From the NCBI GenBank assembly GCA_016208765.1, contig JACQXK010000004.1, positions 148,243 through 212,242 of the forward strand: a stretch of DNA of 64,000 nucleotides, in the 5' to 3' direction. Under the pieces are notes generated by a model, which was not told the origin of the DNA, searched no databases, and saw only the letters and a list, made by a program, of their open reading frames with translations. Position numbers and translations under genes: made by a program. Shown piece by piece: positions 59,201 to 62,200 of this stretch. Numbering within the stretch: the first letter of the stretch is position 1; each line of letters begins with the position of its first letter. This DNA comes from Candidatus Omnitrophota bacterium. GTDB taxonomy: Bacteria; Omnitrophota; Gorgyraeia; Gygaellales; Profunditerraquicolaceae.

Positions 59201-62200
59201 TAATTACCTGCATCCTGTTCTTGCAGATATGGCAAAACAGGTTGAATACCGTAAGCCTTAACTCTGCCTCAGTCATTTCTAAACTTGAACGCGGATTGAT
59301 AGATAAAAGAACGATCCTCTCTTTCTCACAACCACTTTGTGTTTGTAATACTGCTGCAAAAGGCCTGCCAAAACGGCTTAAAACTTTGCTCAATAATGAG
59401 TTATTTATTTCTTCAGGGGTGAAGTTAATTCCAAATTGCGCCATCAAATCTGCCAAATACCTGTTAAGCCTAGTTGTGACATTCTCCCTTAATCTTTCTT
59501 CTATATTAAAAGGGTTATTGGCTTTATGTTTCTTGTCTGCTGCAAATATCTTCTCTAATAATTTTTCTTCTTCGCGGTTCTTTCTCTTTGTCGCATTTAT
59601 CAGGCCGATCAAGAAAGTTACAGTCTCAAGATCAAGCGCTGTTCTAATCTCTACTCTTTCCACATCCGCAATAACCGGCTTTAATAAATCCGCCACCTTT
59701 GAGGCAATGCCAAGATACCTTGCCTGAGGGCTAAGGAACATGTCATCAATAAAAAATAATAACCCGTCTTTTGAGAAACCGCCCCTGAAACATCCCCATG
59801 CTCCGGAATTAACCAGGATTTTAAACCTTTCTTCGTTTTCTTTCTTTGAAGCTAAGAATTCTATTGCCAGAGAGTATTCAGTCTCTCTTTTGGGTTTTTC
59901 CAAAGCAAAGATCCCGGATAATCTTAACACCATCCTATTTATTACAGAAACACTAGTCTCCGGCAAGTTAATCCAGCGGTCATTAAACGCTTCTCTTAAT
60001 GTCTGCTCAAGCGACGATGAAACAGTCTGAGATAACCCTGCCACCACTGCGCCATAATTAGCAAAGCTGGATAAAAAATTAGAACCATCTCTATTGCTTA
60101 GAGCGCTACTTGCGGCAGGCCGAGTCACCTCAGCAGATTTTATGAGAATCTCTTCTAAAAACTCTAATGTTGCTTGTGGCGAACGCCCAATATGAATAGC
60201 CTCAGGAGTAACTGCTTTAAACTCATCATTAACTGCAAGAATATTACCTTTAGCTAAACATTCCTTGATTGGATCATCATTTCCGTTTTTATAAAATTCG
60301 TCACCAAAATAAAAGAAATTAATTTTATTTTCTTTCTTACCAACACCTAAAGAATCCGATATTGTGCTTATGAAATCCTCTAAGGCTACATTTTTTTGAG
60401 CAGTAGCACCGGTAATATCAATTGTTGTTCCTCCTCCAGTCCGGATATTAAAAGAAGCGCTTTTATCACCCAAACATCTACTGAAAGATACCATTAAGCT
60501 TTTCCTAGGGTCAGTTTTGTCAGACAATTCTGGGATAGGTTTTACAGCTAAGCTTCCATACATTGTTTGGCCATCATCAGTAACTATCACTCCTCTTGTT
60601 TCTACCCATGGAAATGCCATCTCTTTTTTTACTCCAGTATTTTTAGCTTCATCCTTAAAATCTTTAATATCTTGCGAAGGATAATATTGAATCGTAAATG
60701 GCGGATTCAGGCTTTCTTTCCAGGGTGTTTGCAGAACGAAATATTTATTGTTGCTTTGCGCCGAGTTTATAAACTCTTTCAAAGCTTCCCCCGTTAACCC
60801 AAAATTATTAGACGCTGCATTTTCTATAGCCTGATTGATAACTTTCTCTATAACCTCTTTATTCATCGCATGTTTTAGATTATATTTCCTAATATTACCA
60901 TCATTAAGATCTTCTTCTCCTCTATCAGTAAAACCTATTTTTGTTGCGCCTCCGCTAACATAAAATGTTAAATTTACGAAAGCTCGTTGATCATTTCTCA
61001 TCTGTTTCTTTATAGCATCAACAATCCTGCTCATTTGTTCCTCTTTTGAATTACCCGAAATAATAGCCACTTTCACGCCTTCTCGCAACAACCGCATAAA
61101 AACATAAGCAAGGCGCGTATAATTAGTAACCGATTCTGACTTCTTAGGAAGGATGGTTTTATCAACGTCAAATACAAACCCACCCTGCCGCCTGATTCTT
61201 GCCCAATTTCCTATGATATATGAAATAACTCCTCCAACAATAGGGTCATCTTTAAACAACCCTAATTGTCCATTTACCCACAACCTTCTATCAGCACTTA
61301 ATGTTGCAAGGACCAACCTTCCTGCATCTTTCTTCAGATCAACTATTTTAAAACCTGCCTTTTTAATTCCAAAAAGAGAAATAATTGCTTCCCGCAACTC
61401 AGTAGAAAACATTTCTATTTCATCTGACTCAGCCTTAACTGCAACACCGCTAACTCTGCCCATAGACACATCGGTAACCTCAGTTAAATCATTAAAGGTT
61501 CTCTCAACATCCTCATCCCTTAAATAACTATCTAAGACATAATCAACGTAACTGCTAATTTCTTTATCAAACTCAACTTGTGCATCACTTTGCATATCGC
61601 TTGCGATAAAACGATAAATTTGCTTCAGCTTTCTTAACAACTCATTGCCTCTTCCGTCACGCTCCCTTCTCATTACTCCAAGATTTATCTTTACCGCCGA
61701 TTTAGCATTTTCAATCGCTTCTTTAATTCCGGGAACAATGAGCACCGGAGCGATATTCTTTTCCAAAGAGACATTTGAATAAATAATTACATCAGCTGTT
61801 TCTATCGCTTCTTTTGCCTCTTGAGTGATGGAAACTGTTTTCGCACCCCGCGTTGAGGAAAAACTGCTAATAGCTTCCGCTACTTGGGGAACATGTTTTT
61901 TATCTATTTGCCTCGTTGAGATTTCTATATCTTTCTTTAATACCTGCATTTCTTTTGTAACCTCAAGTACTGTAAATCTATTTGGTAAACGATAAACAAT
62001 GTCTTCTGTTACCCTGGCTAATTCATCAATAAAGGATTGAACATTAAATTCATGAGTATCGTTATTAACCAACCACATACCAATAATTGGCGACTTAGAT
62101 TTATAATGCGTTAAACTTTCTTCTGAAAAGTGGATTGTTCCATCTTCCCTGATAGCAACCAGATGCTGCCTTTGCTCTGTCGGAAGAATTACCCGATCTC